A stretch of DNA of 64,000 bases. It comes from a bacterium. Its GTDB lineage: Bacteria; NPL-UPA2; JAUVJM01. The DNA is taken from assembly GCA_030606215.1 (NCBI GenBank), contig JAUWGW010000005.1, positions 5,369 through 69,368 of the forward strand. The letters are read 5' to 3'. The number at the start of each line of letters is the position of its first letter. Position 1 is the stretch's first letter. The notes below the pieces were generated by a model. The model saw nothing but the letters and a program-made list of their open reading frames with translations, searched no databases and had not been told where the DNA came from. The position numbers and the translations under genes are program-made. Shown here in pieces: positions 42,168 to 50,734 of this stretch.

Positions 42168-42295
42168 TAGCCCGGATTATTCATACTACGATGAAATGGC
42201 CAACATACTGTCATTCTGAGCGGAGCGAAGAATCTCTATAGATTCTTCGTCACTAACGCTCCTCAGAATGACACATGCTGTGTGAATAATGCAGG
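42168..42295 (+). repeat. ~130-bp palindromic repeat element, copy 1 (REP/MITE-like)
   Basis: Contains the hairpin TGTCATTCTGAGCGGAGCGAAGAATCTC...AGATTCTTCG...CTCAGAATGACA. About 85% identical to the reverse complement of 47270-47400. Confidence 0.7.
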
Positions 42296-42311
42296 ATAGG
42301 GAGGGGAGTGA

Positions 42312-42584
42312 ATGACCAGAAAAGATCTGGCTCGTGAGGTTGCTAATAGTATCGGGCTCTCTCAGGCTCTTGTCAGAGAGATTACTGATGGTGTTTTAGA
42401 TGCCATCTGTAATAGTCTCGTCAGGGGAGAAAGGGTGGAATTGAGAAATTTTGGTGTTTTCACAACCAGGGCAATGAGGGAGAGGGTTGTGCAAAATCCT
42501 AAGACAAAGGAGAAAATCCGCATACCCGCAGCAACTGTGGTTCGGTTTAAACCCGGAAAGGAGTTGAAGCGGAAAGCTGCTTAG
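42312..42584 (+). CDS. hup: DNA-binding protein HU
   Basis: 90 aa HU/IHF fold; GERVELRNFGVFTTRAMRERVVQNPKTKEKIRIPAATVVRFKPGKEL. Confidence 0.9.
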   Translation: MTRKDLAREVANSIGLSQALVREITDGVLDAICNSLVRGERVELRNFGVFTTRAMRERVVQNPKTKEKIRIPAATVVRFKPGKELKRKAA

Positions 42585-42682
42585 TTTCTTGCACCCCAGA
42601 AAAAACTTATAATCCCGCCGGCAATTGCTATCAGAAGGCTAACTTTAATATGAACCTCTGTGCTTATTTCTGTGCTTATTTC

Positions 42683-42711
42683 TTGACAGCTCCTGTAGAA
42701 GATGATACAGT
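42683..42711 (+). promoter_or_regulatory. candidate promoter for the gcv leader
   Basis: TTGACA, 17-nt spacer, TACAGT. Preceded by a tandem 12-bp direct repeat TGTGCTTATTTC x2 and placed just before the riboswitch. Confidence 0.4.
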
Positions 42712-42721
42712 AAAAATAGCC

Positions 42722-42939
42722 GGATGAGGGTTAGGAGAGAGACCTTTGGAGTATATTCAACGGCGCCGAAGGGGTAATCCGCCTCAGGCGGAGAAACTCT
42801 CAGGCAAAAGGATCCTGACCTGACGGTCCTCTGGAGAACCCGTTTGAAATAAAGCGGCACCAAAGGGATAAATCTCTCAGGTAAAAGGACAGGGGATATA
42901 GTATAACTTTGTGGTTTTACTGTATCCCCTGTTTTTATT
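42722..42939 (+). promoter_or_regulatory. tandem glycine riboswitch (two aptamers) with intrinsic terminator/expression platform
   Basis: Aptamer 1: GGAGAG...CCGAAGGGGTAA...CTCTCAGGCAAAAGGA. Aptamer 2: CTCTGGAGAA...GCACCAAAGGGATAA...CTCTCAGGTAAAAGGAC. Then a hairpin AGGGGATATAGTA/TACTGTATCCCCT plus GTTTTTATT immediately before gcvT. Confidence 0.85.
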
Positions 42940-44043
42940 ATGAACCAGACACCGCTTTACAATCTACATCTGAAGTATAAAGCCCATATGAGAGAATTTA
43001 GTGGTTGGCAGATGCCCATTTATTACACAGGTATCATAGCTGAGCACAAAGCAGTTCGACAAAAAGCCGGTCTTTTTGACATCTCTCATATGGTCAGATT
43101 AAAGATAGAGGGGATAGGTGCTTCTGATTTGGTCCAGAGATTGACCACCAATGATGTTTCTGTATTAAAAACAGGTGATATCCAGTATTCCCTGGTTTGT
43201 AACCAGGAGGGGAATATATTAGATGATATCCTGGTCTTTAGTTTAGATGACGGTTATCTCCTGGTAGTAAATGCCGGCAACAAGCAGACTGTCTTATCGT
43301 GGTTCAAGAAATGGGCCGGGCAAGCGGAGGTTAAAGATATTTCAAATCAGATGTCTATGGCTGCCATTCAGGGACCTATCTCGCAGATAATTCTTCAGAA
43401 ATTAATCGACATAAATCTATCTTCAATTAAATATTATCATTTTACTCAGGAGAAAATAGCAGGGATAACGGGTTTTATTTCCAGAACCGGTTATACCGGT
43501 GAGGATGGGTTTGAGCTCTGCTTTGCTTCAGAAAAGGCAAAAACCTTATGGTTAGCGCTATTATCTGCAGGAAAAGATTATGGTCTTCAACCGATTGGCC
43601 TGGGAGCCAGGGATACTTTGAGGTTAGAGGCTGCACTGCCATTATACGGGCATGAGCTCAGCACACAAATAAACCCTTTTGAGGCGGGCCTGGAAAGATT
43701 TGTTAAATTAGACAAAGGCGATTTTCTTGGCAGGCGGTCACTCATTGAGGTCAAAAAGGTAGGTATTAATCGTAAATTGGTTGGTTTTGAAATGATTGAC
43801 AGAGGTATCCCCAGAGCAGGTTATACCGTTTCAAAAGATGGAAAACATATTGGTCAGGTAACCAGCGGCTCATTTTCTCCTACTCTTGATAAGAATATCG
43901 GCATGGGCTATGTGGGAACAGGATATACTCACGAAGGATGTGAGTTTGAGATTGAAATCAGAGGTAAATCCACCGGGGCCAGGGTAGTAAAAACACCTTT
44001 TTATAAAAAGAGTGGAGAGGGCGGGAAAAAAGAGGAGTATTAA
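42940..44043 (+). CDS. gcvT: glycine cleavage system T protein (aminomethyltransferase)
   Basis: 367 aa GcvT fold. Lies downstream of the glycine riboswitch. Confidence 0.95.
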   Translation: MNQTPLYNLHLKYKAHMREFSGWQMPIYYTGIIAEHKAVRQKAGLFDISHMVRLKIEGIGASDLVQRLTTNDVSVLKTGDIQYSLVCNQEGNILDDILVFSLDDGYLLVVNAGNKQTVLSWFKKWAGQAEVKDISNQMSMAAIQGPISQIILQKLIDINLSSIKYYHFTQEKIAGITGFISRTGYTGEDGFELCFASEKAKTLWLALLSAGKDYGLQPIGLGARDTLRLEAALPLYGHELSTQINPFEAGLERFVKLDKGDFLGRRSLIEVKKVGINRKLVGFEMIDRGIPRAGYTVSKDGKHIGQVTSGSFSPTLDKNIGMGYVGTGYTHEGCEFEIEIRGKSTGARVVKTPFYKKSGEGGKKEEY

Positions 44044-44045
44044 GG

Positions 44046-44444
44046 ATGTATCCAACAGATTTAAAGTATACTGTTACACATGAATGGGCTGGGATTGAAG
44101 AGAAGACAGGTATCGTAACGGTGGGAATCGGTGAGTACGCTGTGAAACAGCTCAGTGACATTGTTTTTCTTGAACTGCCTGCTGTCGGTGATAAACTGAA
44201 GAAAGGAGAACCTTTTGGGGCCATTGAATCAGTCAAGGCAGTATTCGATTTAAACTCGCCGGTGACCGGCGAGGTCGTAGAAGTAAACCAGGCCCTTTCT
44301 GATAATCTTGACCTGTTACAGACTGACCCTTACGGCCAGTGCTGGATGGTTAGGATAAAGGCAGAGAATCAAGAAGAAATTCAGGCATTGATGAATGCAG
44401 GAGACTACGAAGACTTCATAAAAAAGGGACAGGGTAAGCATTGA
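44046..44444 (+). CDS. gcvH: glycine cleavage system H protein
   Basis: Lipoyl-lysine motif GAIESVKAVFDLNSPVTGEV. Confidence 0.95.
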   Translation: MYPTDLKYTVTHEWAGIEEKTGIVTVGIGEYAVKQLSDIVFLELPAVGDKLKKGEPFGAIESVKAVFDLNSPVTGEVVEVNQALSDNLDLLQTDPYGQCWMVRIKAENQEEIQALMNAGDYEDFIKKGQGKH

Positions 44445-44477
44445 CATGCTATCGAGGTAGTCGGAAGGTGAAACCTG

Positions 44478-45812
44478 ATGCCGTACGTATCTAATACAGA
44501 TGAAGACAGAGCAAGAATGCTGGGCGAATTGGGGCTCAAATCAATTGAGGAACTCTTCAGTGATATCCCTGCTGATTTGCGACCTTCCTCTTTTAATCTA
44601 CCGCCAGGCCTATCAGAACTTGAAGTCCGTCGTTTCACCCAGACCCTGGCAGATAAGAATGCCACTGATCTTATTTGTTTCCTGGGGGGTGGTTTCTACG
44701 ACCATTTTATACCCGCTGCTCTGGATACAATAATTTCACGCAGTGAATTCTATACGGCTTATACTCCTTATCAACCGGAAATATCCCAGGGCACGCTCCA
44801 GGCCATATACGAATATCAATCAGCTGTCTGTCATCTGACAGATATGGATGCGGCTAATGCCTCTTTGTACGACGGCGGGACCGCCCTTTACGAAGCAATG
44901 ATGATGGCGGTAAGGATTACCAAGAGGAGAAAGGTTATTGTAGATGAAGGTGTTAGCCCTATATACCGAAAGATGCTGCATTGTTATACCGGCAATTTGG
45001 CTCTCGAGTTTGTTGAAATACCAGTAGCCCGAAACGGCCGGGCTGACAGACAGGCAATAGAGACACAACTTGATAAAAATACATCCTGCCTTATCTTACA
45101 AAACCCAAACTTCTTTGGCTGTGTAGATGATATTACCGATATGGCTGAGTCAGCTCAAAAATCAGGCAGTCTGGTCATTCTTTCGACCTATCCCATTTCT
45201 CTGGGCATTCTTAAAACCCCGGGTGAAATGCAGGTGGACATTGCTACCGGCGAAGGTCAGAGTTTAGGGCTCGGACTTTCTTTCGGAGGTCCATACCTTG
45301 GTTTTATGGCCGTGCGTTCCCAATATATCCGCCAGATGCCGGGCCGCATCGTAGGTGAGACAACAGATAAAAATGGCCAGCGCGGCTTTGTGCTAACGCT
45401 CCAGACAAGAGAACAGCATATCCGCAGAGAGAAAGCGACCTCTAATATATGTTCTAATGAAGCTCTCTGCGCACTTTCTGCCATTGTCTATCTTAGTCTG
45501 ATAGGCAAGGAAGGGCTGAAGGAGGTAACTGAGCTTTGCAGCGCTAAAGCCGATTATACCCTCAAACGTCTTTTAGAGATACCGGGCGTAAAGATGAGAT
45601 TCCCGGTTCCTATATTTAATGAATTTACATTAGAACTTCCCAGAGATGCCGGTGATATTATCGGGCAGTTAATTGAAAAAGGGATAATGGCCGGATTCCC
45701 TCTGGGACGCTACTATAAGAATATGGAGAAGTGCATGCTGATAGCCGTGACCGAGAAAAGGACAAAGGAGGAGATAGGGATGTTGGCTGAGGCACTGGAG
45801 GCAGTCTTGTAA
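44478..45812 (+). CDS. gcvPA: glycine dehydrogenase (decarboxylating) subunit 1
   Basis: 444 aa N-terminal half of the P-protein. Confidence 0.95.
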   Translation: MPYVSNTDEDRARMLGELGLKSIEELFSDIPADLRPSSFNLPPGLSELEVRRFTQTLADKNATDLICFLGGGFYDHFIPAALDTIISRSEFYTAYTPYQPEISQGTLQAIYEYQSAVCHLTDMDAANASLYDGGTALYEAMMMAVRITKRRKVIVDEGVSPIYRKMLHCYTGNLALEFVEIPVARNGRADRQAIETQLDKNTSCLILQNPNFFGCVDDITDMAESAQKSGSLVILSTYPISLGILKTPGEMQVDIATGEGQSLGLGLSFGGPYLGFMAVRSQYIRQMPGRIVGETTDKNGQRGFVLTLQTREQHIRREKATSNICSNEALCALSAIVYLSLIGKEGLKEVTELCSAKADYTLKRLLEIPGVKMRFPVPIFNEFTLELPRDAGDIIGQLIEKGIMAGFPLGRYYKNMEKCMLIAVTEKRTKEEIGMLAEALEAVL

Positions 45813-45814
45813 AA

Positions 45815-47269
45815 ATGAAACTTATTTTTGAAAAAAGCGTTGCTGGGAGAAGAGGGGTAAGGTTACCCAGATGCGATGTTCCTATTGAGCGGGACAAGTT
45901 GAAGGGACTTAAACGCAAAGAACTTCCTGATTTGCCGGAGGTTTCTGAACTGGACACAGTCCGGCATTTTACAGAACTGTCCAGACACAATTTTGGAGTA
46001 GACACCGGCTTCTATCCTTTAGGCTCTTGCACCATGAAATACAATCCGAAGATAGGGGAAGAGGCAGTTAGATATCAAGGTTTTAGTCGTCTGCACCCGC
46101 TCCTGCCCCAGCTTCGCCAGGGCGGGATACTTACGCAGGGTGCCTTACAGGTAATCTATGAGACAGAACGGTTTCTATCAGAGATTACCGGTATGGCTGA
46201 ATTTACCATGCAGCCTTTAGCCGGTGCTCATGGAGAACTGACCGGGATAATGCTTATTGCCGCCTATCACAAGTCAAGAGGCATCAAGAAAACAAAAGTC
46301 ATTATCCCTGATTCGGCGCATGGAACTAATCCGGCAAGTGCCGCTATTGCCGGGTATGAGGTTGTATCAGTGCCTTCTGACAAGAACGGCGTCATGGATT
46401 TCAGCGAATTTCGAAAGGTCATTGATGAGAAAGTAGCTGCGGTGATGCTTACCTGTCCTAATACCTTAGGGTTGTTTAACCCTGATATAAAGAAGATTGC
46501 GGACAGGACACACCAGGCAGGTGGATTGATGTATTATGATGGAGCAAATCTAAATGCTATTTTAGGTAAATGCCGGCCGGGGGATGTCGGGTTTGATGTT
46601 GTGCACTTGAATCTACACAAGACCTTTGGCACGCCTCATGGGGGAGGCGGGCCAGGGGCAGGACCGGTAGGAGTGAAAGAGCATTTAAGAGAATTTCTTC
46701 CTATCTCGCTGGTAGTGAAAAGGCCGGATGGCACATATGCCCTTGAATATAACCGTCCTAAATCCATCGGATATGTAGCCCCATTCTACGGCAATTTTGG
46801 GGTTATACTCAAGTGCTATGTCTATATCCTGCTCCTGGGCCGGGAAGGTTTAATCAGAGCTGCTGAGAATGCTGTGCTTAATGCCAATTACATGATGGAA
46901 AAACTAAAATCTTATTACCATCTTCCCTATGACCGCAGATGTATGCATGAATTTGTCTTATCAGCTAATAAACAAAAGAAGCACGGGGTAAAGGCACTGG
47001 ATATTGCCAAGCGCCTGCTGGATTTTAGTTTTCATCCGCCGACCATATATTTCCCTCTCATTGTTGAAGAGGCCATGATGATTGAACCTGCGGAGACCGA
47101 ATCCGGAGAAACGCTGGATAAATTTATTGAGGTTATGATTCAGATTGCTAAAGAGGCTGAGCAGGAACCGCAGACTATTAAAGATGCCCCGCATAATTTA
47201 GATATATGCAGGTTGGATGAAGTAAAAGCAGCCAGAGAACCTAATCTAAAGTATGTTCGTGTTGCATAG
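45815..47269 (+). CDS. gcvPB: glycine dehydrogenase (decarboxylating) subunit 2
   Basis: 484 aa with PLP-lysine region ([18 protein letters not shown]). Confidence 0.95.
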   Translation: MKLIFEKSVAGRRGVRLPRCDVPIERDKLKGLKRKELPDLPEVSELDTVRHFTELSRHNFGVDTGFYPLGSCTMKYNPKIGEEAVRYQGFSRLHPLLPQLRQGGILTQGALQVIYETERFLSEITGMAEFTMQPLAGAHGELTGIMLIAAYHKSRGIKKTKVIIPDSAHGTNPASAAIAGYEVVSVPSDKNGVMDFSEFRKVIDEKVAAVMLTCPNTLGLFNPDIKKIADRTHQAGGLMYYDGANLNAILGKCRPGDVGFDVVHLNLHKTFGTPHGGGGPGAGPVGVKEHLREFLPISLVVKRPDGTYALEYNRPKSIGYVAPFYGNFGVILKCYVYILLLGREGLIRAAENAVLNANYMMEKLKSYYHLPYDRRCMHEFVLSANKQKKHGVKALDIAKRLLDFSFHPPTIYFPLIVEEAMMIEPAETESGETLDKFIEVMIQIAKEAEQEPQTIKDAPHNLDICRLDEVKAAREPNLKYVRVA

Positions 47270-47400
47270 CCTGCATTGTTCACACTACGTTTGTCATTCT
47301 GAGGAGCATAAGCGATGAAGAATCTCATCAGATTCTTCGCTACGCTCAGAATGACAGAGTGTGGGGTATTTAATCGTAGTATGAATAATCCGGGCTAGCC
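47270..47400 (-). repeat. ~130-bp palindromic repeat element, copy 2 (inverted relative to copy 1)
   Basis: Starts at the gcvPB stop codon. Its reverse complement aligns end to end with 42168-42295, including the GTCATTCTGAG...CTCAGAATGAC hairpin and the terminal CCCGGATTATTCATACTACGAT. Confidence 0.7.
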
Positions 47401-47454
47401 CTATCCCGTTGGGGGAGAGGCAGGGGAGATGGAGAGTCTGCAAAGGTATAAATT

Positions 47455-48336
47455 ATGAAGTGGCGGCTAATTCAATCAGGTCATCTGGACGGCTATACCA
47501 ATATGGCAATAGATGAGGCTATGTTTGCCTTAAGTGCGGCAAATTATGTGCCAGCGACATTGAGGTTATACGGCTGGAGCCCGCCGGCAATCTCCATCGG
47601 TTACTTTCAAAATTACCTATCTCCTCCCCTAATCCCCCTACCCCCTTTACTAAAGGGGGGAAGGGGGGATTTAGGCTTCCCTTTAATAAAGGGGGAAGGG
47701 AGGACTAAGGAGAGGGACAAATCGTTGAAATTGCGGCATGACAGAATAGATATTGTTCGGCGCCTGACCGGAGGCGGGGCCATACTCCATGACCGGGAAT
47801 TAACCTTTTGTTTAGTCACCGCTTTTAGGGGTTCTATCATACCGGATGATATTTTTGATTCTTATAATCTTATCTCCGGGGCTGTCATTAAGGGCTTGCA
47901 GATTCTGGGAATAGAGGCGCAAATAAGAGGTGATGAAACTGCTCTAAGTCATGTTGGATCCTCACTATCTAACAGGGGAAGCGACCGGGCAGTATCTAAG
48001 CAGCGTGAGTTCTTCTGCTTTGCCAGGCAGTCAGGGTATGATATTATATTTGATGGCAAAAAGCTGGTAGGAAGCGCCCAGAGAAGAAAGGATGGTATTC
48101 TCCTGCATCACGGCTCAATTCTGCTGGACGGAGAACAAAACCCGGAAACCAGTATTGGTGTAAATTCTATTTTGGGTAAGCAGGTCGACTTTAAAGAAAT
48201 CAGTAAAAATATTGTGGAGGGTTTTTGTAGAACATTGTCAATAGACCTGATACCCGGCGAGTTGACTGAAGAGGAATTAGAATTATCCCGGCAGTTGGTA
48301 ATGACTAAATATAACAAGAGAACCATGGATTTATGA
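47455..48336 (+). CDS. lipoate-protein ligase/octanoyltransferase family protein (LipM/LplA catalytic domain) carrying an in-frame insertion
   Basis: N-terminus matches LipM (YGWSPPAISIGYFQN ... IDIVRRLTGGGAILHD). About 30 extra residues (LSPPLIPLPPLLKGGRGDLGFPLIKGEG...) lie between the GYFQN and IDIVRR motifs. Confidence 0.8.
   Translation: MKWRLIQSGHLDGYTNMAIDEAMFALSAANYVPATLRLYGWSPPAISIGYFQNYLSPPLIPLPPLLKGGRGDLGFPLIKGEGRTKERDKSLKLRHDRIDIVRRLTGGGAILHDRELTFCLVTAFRGSIIPDDIFDSYNLISGAVIKGLQILGIEAQIRGDETALSHVGSSLSNRGSDRAVSKQREFFCFARQSGYDIIFDGKKLVGSAQRRKDGILLHHGSILLDGEQNPETSIGVNSILGKQVDFKEISKNIVEGFCRTLSIDLIPGELTEEELELSRQLVMTKYNKRTMDL
47617..47712 (+). repeat. GC-rich palindromic ~90-nt element inserted in-frame within the lipM-like CDS
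   Basis: CCCCTAATCCCCCTACCCCCTTTAC|TAAAGGGGGGAAGGGGGGATTTAGG is a ~24-bp-arm near-perfect palindrome. A second hairpin CTTCCCTTTAATAAAGGGGGAAG follows. C/G homopolymer runs are unlike the flanking coding sequence. Confidence 0.55.
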
Positions 48337-48358
48337 ATAGCAATGGAGAAAAGATGAG

Positions 48359-49942
48359 ATGATGAAGATACTGATAAGTGATAATCTATCTGAAGAAGCT
48401 GTGGAGATTCTAAAGGAAGAGAAGAATATTAACCCTGAAGTAAAAACTAATCTTTCCCAGGAAGAACTCCTGGCGTGCATTAAAGACTACCAGGCCCTCA
48501 TTGTCCGAAGCCGAACCAAGGTCACCAAGGAGCTTATAATAGCAGGAAAAAACTTGAAGGTAATCGGCCGGGCTGGTGTAGGAGTAGATAATATTGATGT
48601 AGAAGCGGCTACCAAACAGGGGATTATTGTTATGAATACTCCTGATGCCAATACCATTTCCACAGCTGAACTTACCATGGCTATGATACTGGCCCTCTCA
48701 CGCAATATCTATCAAGCCACCGCATCACTTAAGGATAACAGATGGTCAAAAGATAAACTTACCGGTGTGGAGCTATATGATAAGGTCTTGGGTATAATGG
48801 GTTTAGGTAGAATTGGCTGCCAGGTAGCTAAACGTGCCCTTTCTTTTGGTATGCACCCGGTTGCTTACGATCCCTTTATATCAACTGAACAGGCCAGGAA
48901 ACTTAAGGTCAAACTCCTTGGCTTAAAAGAAGTCTTACAACAGGCTGACTATATCTCTATACATGCGCCATTGAGCGATGAAACTTACCATATGTTAGGT
49001 GAGAAAGAGTTTAAGCTTATGAAAGACGGGGTAAGGGTTATTAACTGTGCCCGGGGAGGGATAATCGATGAGGTCACTCTCTATAAAGCCATAACTCAGG
49101 GCAAAGTAGCCGGCTGTGCCCTTGATGTTTTTGAAAAAGAGCCTCCTGATAAAAATCCTCTTCTTGGTTTAGAACAGGTGATTGTTACACCCCATATCGG
49201 AGCGGTTACCCGTGAGGCGAAGGCAAATGTAGCTATCCAGATTGCCGGACAGGTGTTGGAGGTTTTGAAAGGTGGTATTGTCCGGAATGCAGTTAATTTC
49301 CCCCGCATAGAACCGGAGATACTGGAAGAAATCAAACCCTATATCAATTTAGCTGAAAGATTGGGGAAATTTCAATCGCAGCTTCTTACAGATTGTCTCC
49401 AAACGGTAAAAATAACTTATATCGGCCAGATGAATAATTACCAGCTTAAGCCTATTACCGTTGCCCTTCTCAAAGGGCTCTTGGAGCCGATATTTCCGGA
49501 AAGGGTCAATTATATCAATGCATCTATCCTGGCTAAAGAGCGTGGGATAAAGATTATTGAAACAAAAAGCAGCCAGGTTGAGGACTTCGCTAATCTGATT
49601 ATGGTGGAGACTGAAACACCTGTTTGTAAAAGGTCAGTGGCGGGGACATTATTCGGAAAAGAGGACCCGCGTATTATCCTGATAGATAACTATCATGTAG
49701 ATGCTGTGCCTGAAGGTTATCTGCTGGTTTGCTCCAACTATGATAGGCCAGGCGCTATCGCCCATATTTCTACGGTCTTGAGTCGAAACGGAATAAACAT
49801 TGCCGGGATGACAGTAGGCCGTAAGGAAATAGGGGGTAAAGCCATAACTGTGCTTAATATAGATAGTTCAATTTCTACTGAGGTGTTAGAAGAAGTAAAA
49901 GATCATCCGGTAATTATAGAAGCGAGGTTGGTTAAGTTATAA
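48359..49942 (+). CDS. serA: D-3-phosphoglycerate dehydrogenase with C-terminal ACT domain
   Basis: 527 aa; GIIVMNTP and GxGxIG NAD-binding motifs plus ASB/ACT. Confidence 0.9.
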   Translation: MMKILISDNLSEEAVEILKEEKNINPEVKTNLSQEELLACIKDYQALIVRSRTKVTKELIIAGKNLKVIGRAGVGVDNIDVEAATKQGIIVMNTPDANTISTAELTMAMILALSRNIYQATASLKDNRWSKDKLTGVELYDKVLGIMGLGRIGCQVAKRALSFGMHPVAYDPFISTEQARKLKVKLLGLKEVLQQADYISIHAPLSDETYHMLGEKEFKLMKDGVRVINCARGGIIDEVTLYKAITQGKVAGCALDVFEKEPPDKNPLLGLEQVIVTPHIGAVTREAKANVAIQIAGQVLEVLKGGIVRNAVNFPRIEPEILEEIKPYINLAERLGKFQSQLLTDCLQTVKITYIGQMNNYQLKPITVALLKGLLEPIFPERVNYINASILAKERGIKIIETKSSQVEDFANLIMVETETPVCKRSVAGTLFGKEDPRIILIDNYHVDAVPEGYLLVCSNYDRPGAIAHISTVLSRNGINIAGMTVGRKEIGGKAITVLNIDSSISTEVLEEVKDHPVIIEARLVKL

Positions 49943-50071
49943 TGTTTTTTTCTTGACCGATAGGAACTTGCTTCTTTGACAGTCACAAACCACATACCCG
50001 CCAAGCCTCATTTCAGACAGCTTTTTCATATTTTATGTCATTATCGCAGATTTTCTGGGAATTCTTTATCT

Positions 50072-50281
50072 TTATGATTTAGCATGTGCTGGTAATTTAA
50101 CATCTACTTCATCGCCAATTATCTCTGAAGCATCTATTACCTCTATTCCCATAATTTTACCACTTTTGTCAAAATCGGCATGGACACCAGGCATAATAGT
50201 TTTGGTCTGAGCTACTTTTTTTGTAGGTTCAGCAAAGTAAACATAAAGAAGATCTCGCGATGGATCATATTCTATTTTCAT
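50072..50281 (-). CDS. DUF2283-family small protein (putative antitoxin)
   Basis: 69 aa, MKIEYDPSRDLLYVYF... pattern. Immediately downstream of the DUF4258 gene. Confidence 0.55.
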   Translation of the reverse strand: MKIEYDPSRDLLYVYFAEPTKKVAQTKTIMPGVHADFDKSGKIMGIEVIDASEIIGDEVDVKLPAHAKS

Positions 50282-50286
50282 TGATT

Positions 50287-50583
50287 TTACCCTCCCCTTA
50301 AAAATACATCACCATATTTGGCCTTCGCCGTTAGTAATACTAAGTTATCGTTAACATATTTATAATACACTCTCACTTCTTTCTCTTTATAGAATTTTCC
50401 TTCCCATTCCTTATTATAAGTAAAGACAAACACTTTTCCACTTGTTTCTGTTTTAGCATCATCTGCATCCCATCCGTTTTGTAAAGTTTGTTCTACTTCT
50501 TCTTCTGTAATTCCTCGTTGAAACATTCTTACTTTTATGTGGAGGTGAAAATCATCTTTATTGAGTTTTCTTTCAAGCCCCAT
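50287..50583 (-). CDS. DUF4258-family small protein (putative toxin)
   Basis: 98-aa basic protein. The DUF4258/DUF2283 pairing is a known predicted TA arrangement. A TTGACC-18-TATGAT promoter lies on the minus strand at about 50595-50624. Confidence 0.55.
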   Translation of the reverse strand: MGLERKLNKDDFHLHIKVRMFQRGITEEEVEQTLQNGWDADDAKTETSGKVFVFTYNKEWEGKFYKEKEVRVYYKYVNDNLVLLTAKAKYGDVFLRGG

Positions 50584-50734
50584 AACATAGGTTTATCATA
50601 TAAAAAAGAAAAAGGCAAGGTCAAACGTAATCTTTTCGACCATCACTTAAATATAGGGAAATTTTAATTCTGGATTATGAGGGGATAATAGCGTATAATT
50701 CATCTTATTCGTTTATTGTGAATAGTGGTCGAAG

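Noticed and set aside
42658-42682. Tandem TGTGCTTATTTC repeat considered as a CRISPR-like or microsatellite array
   Set aside because: Only two adjacent copies with no spacers, so not a CRISPR array. Kept only as a possible regulator site in the riboswitch finding.
42645-42863. 72-aa minus-strand ORF upstream of gcvT
   Set aside because: Lies entirely within the glycine riboswitch aptamers on the opposite strand. No RBS or coding signal; the RNA element explains the region.
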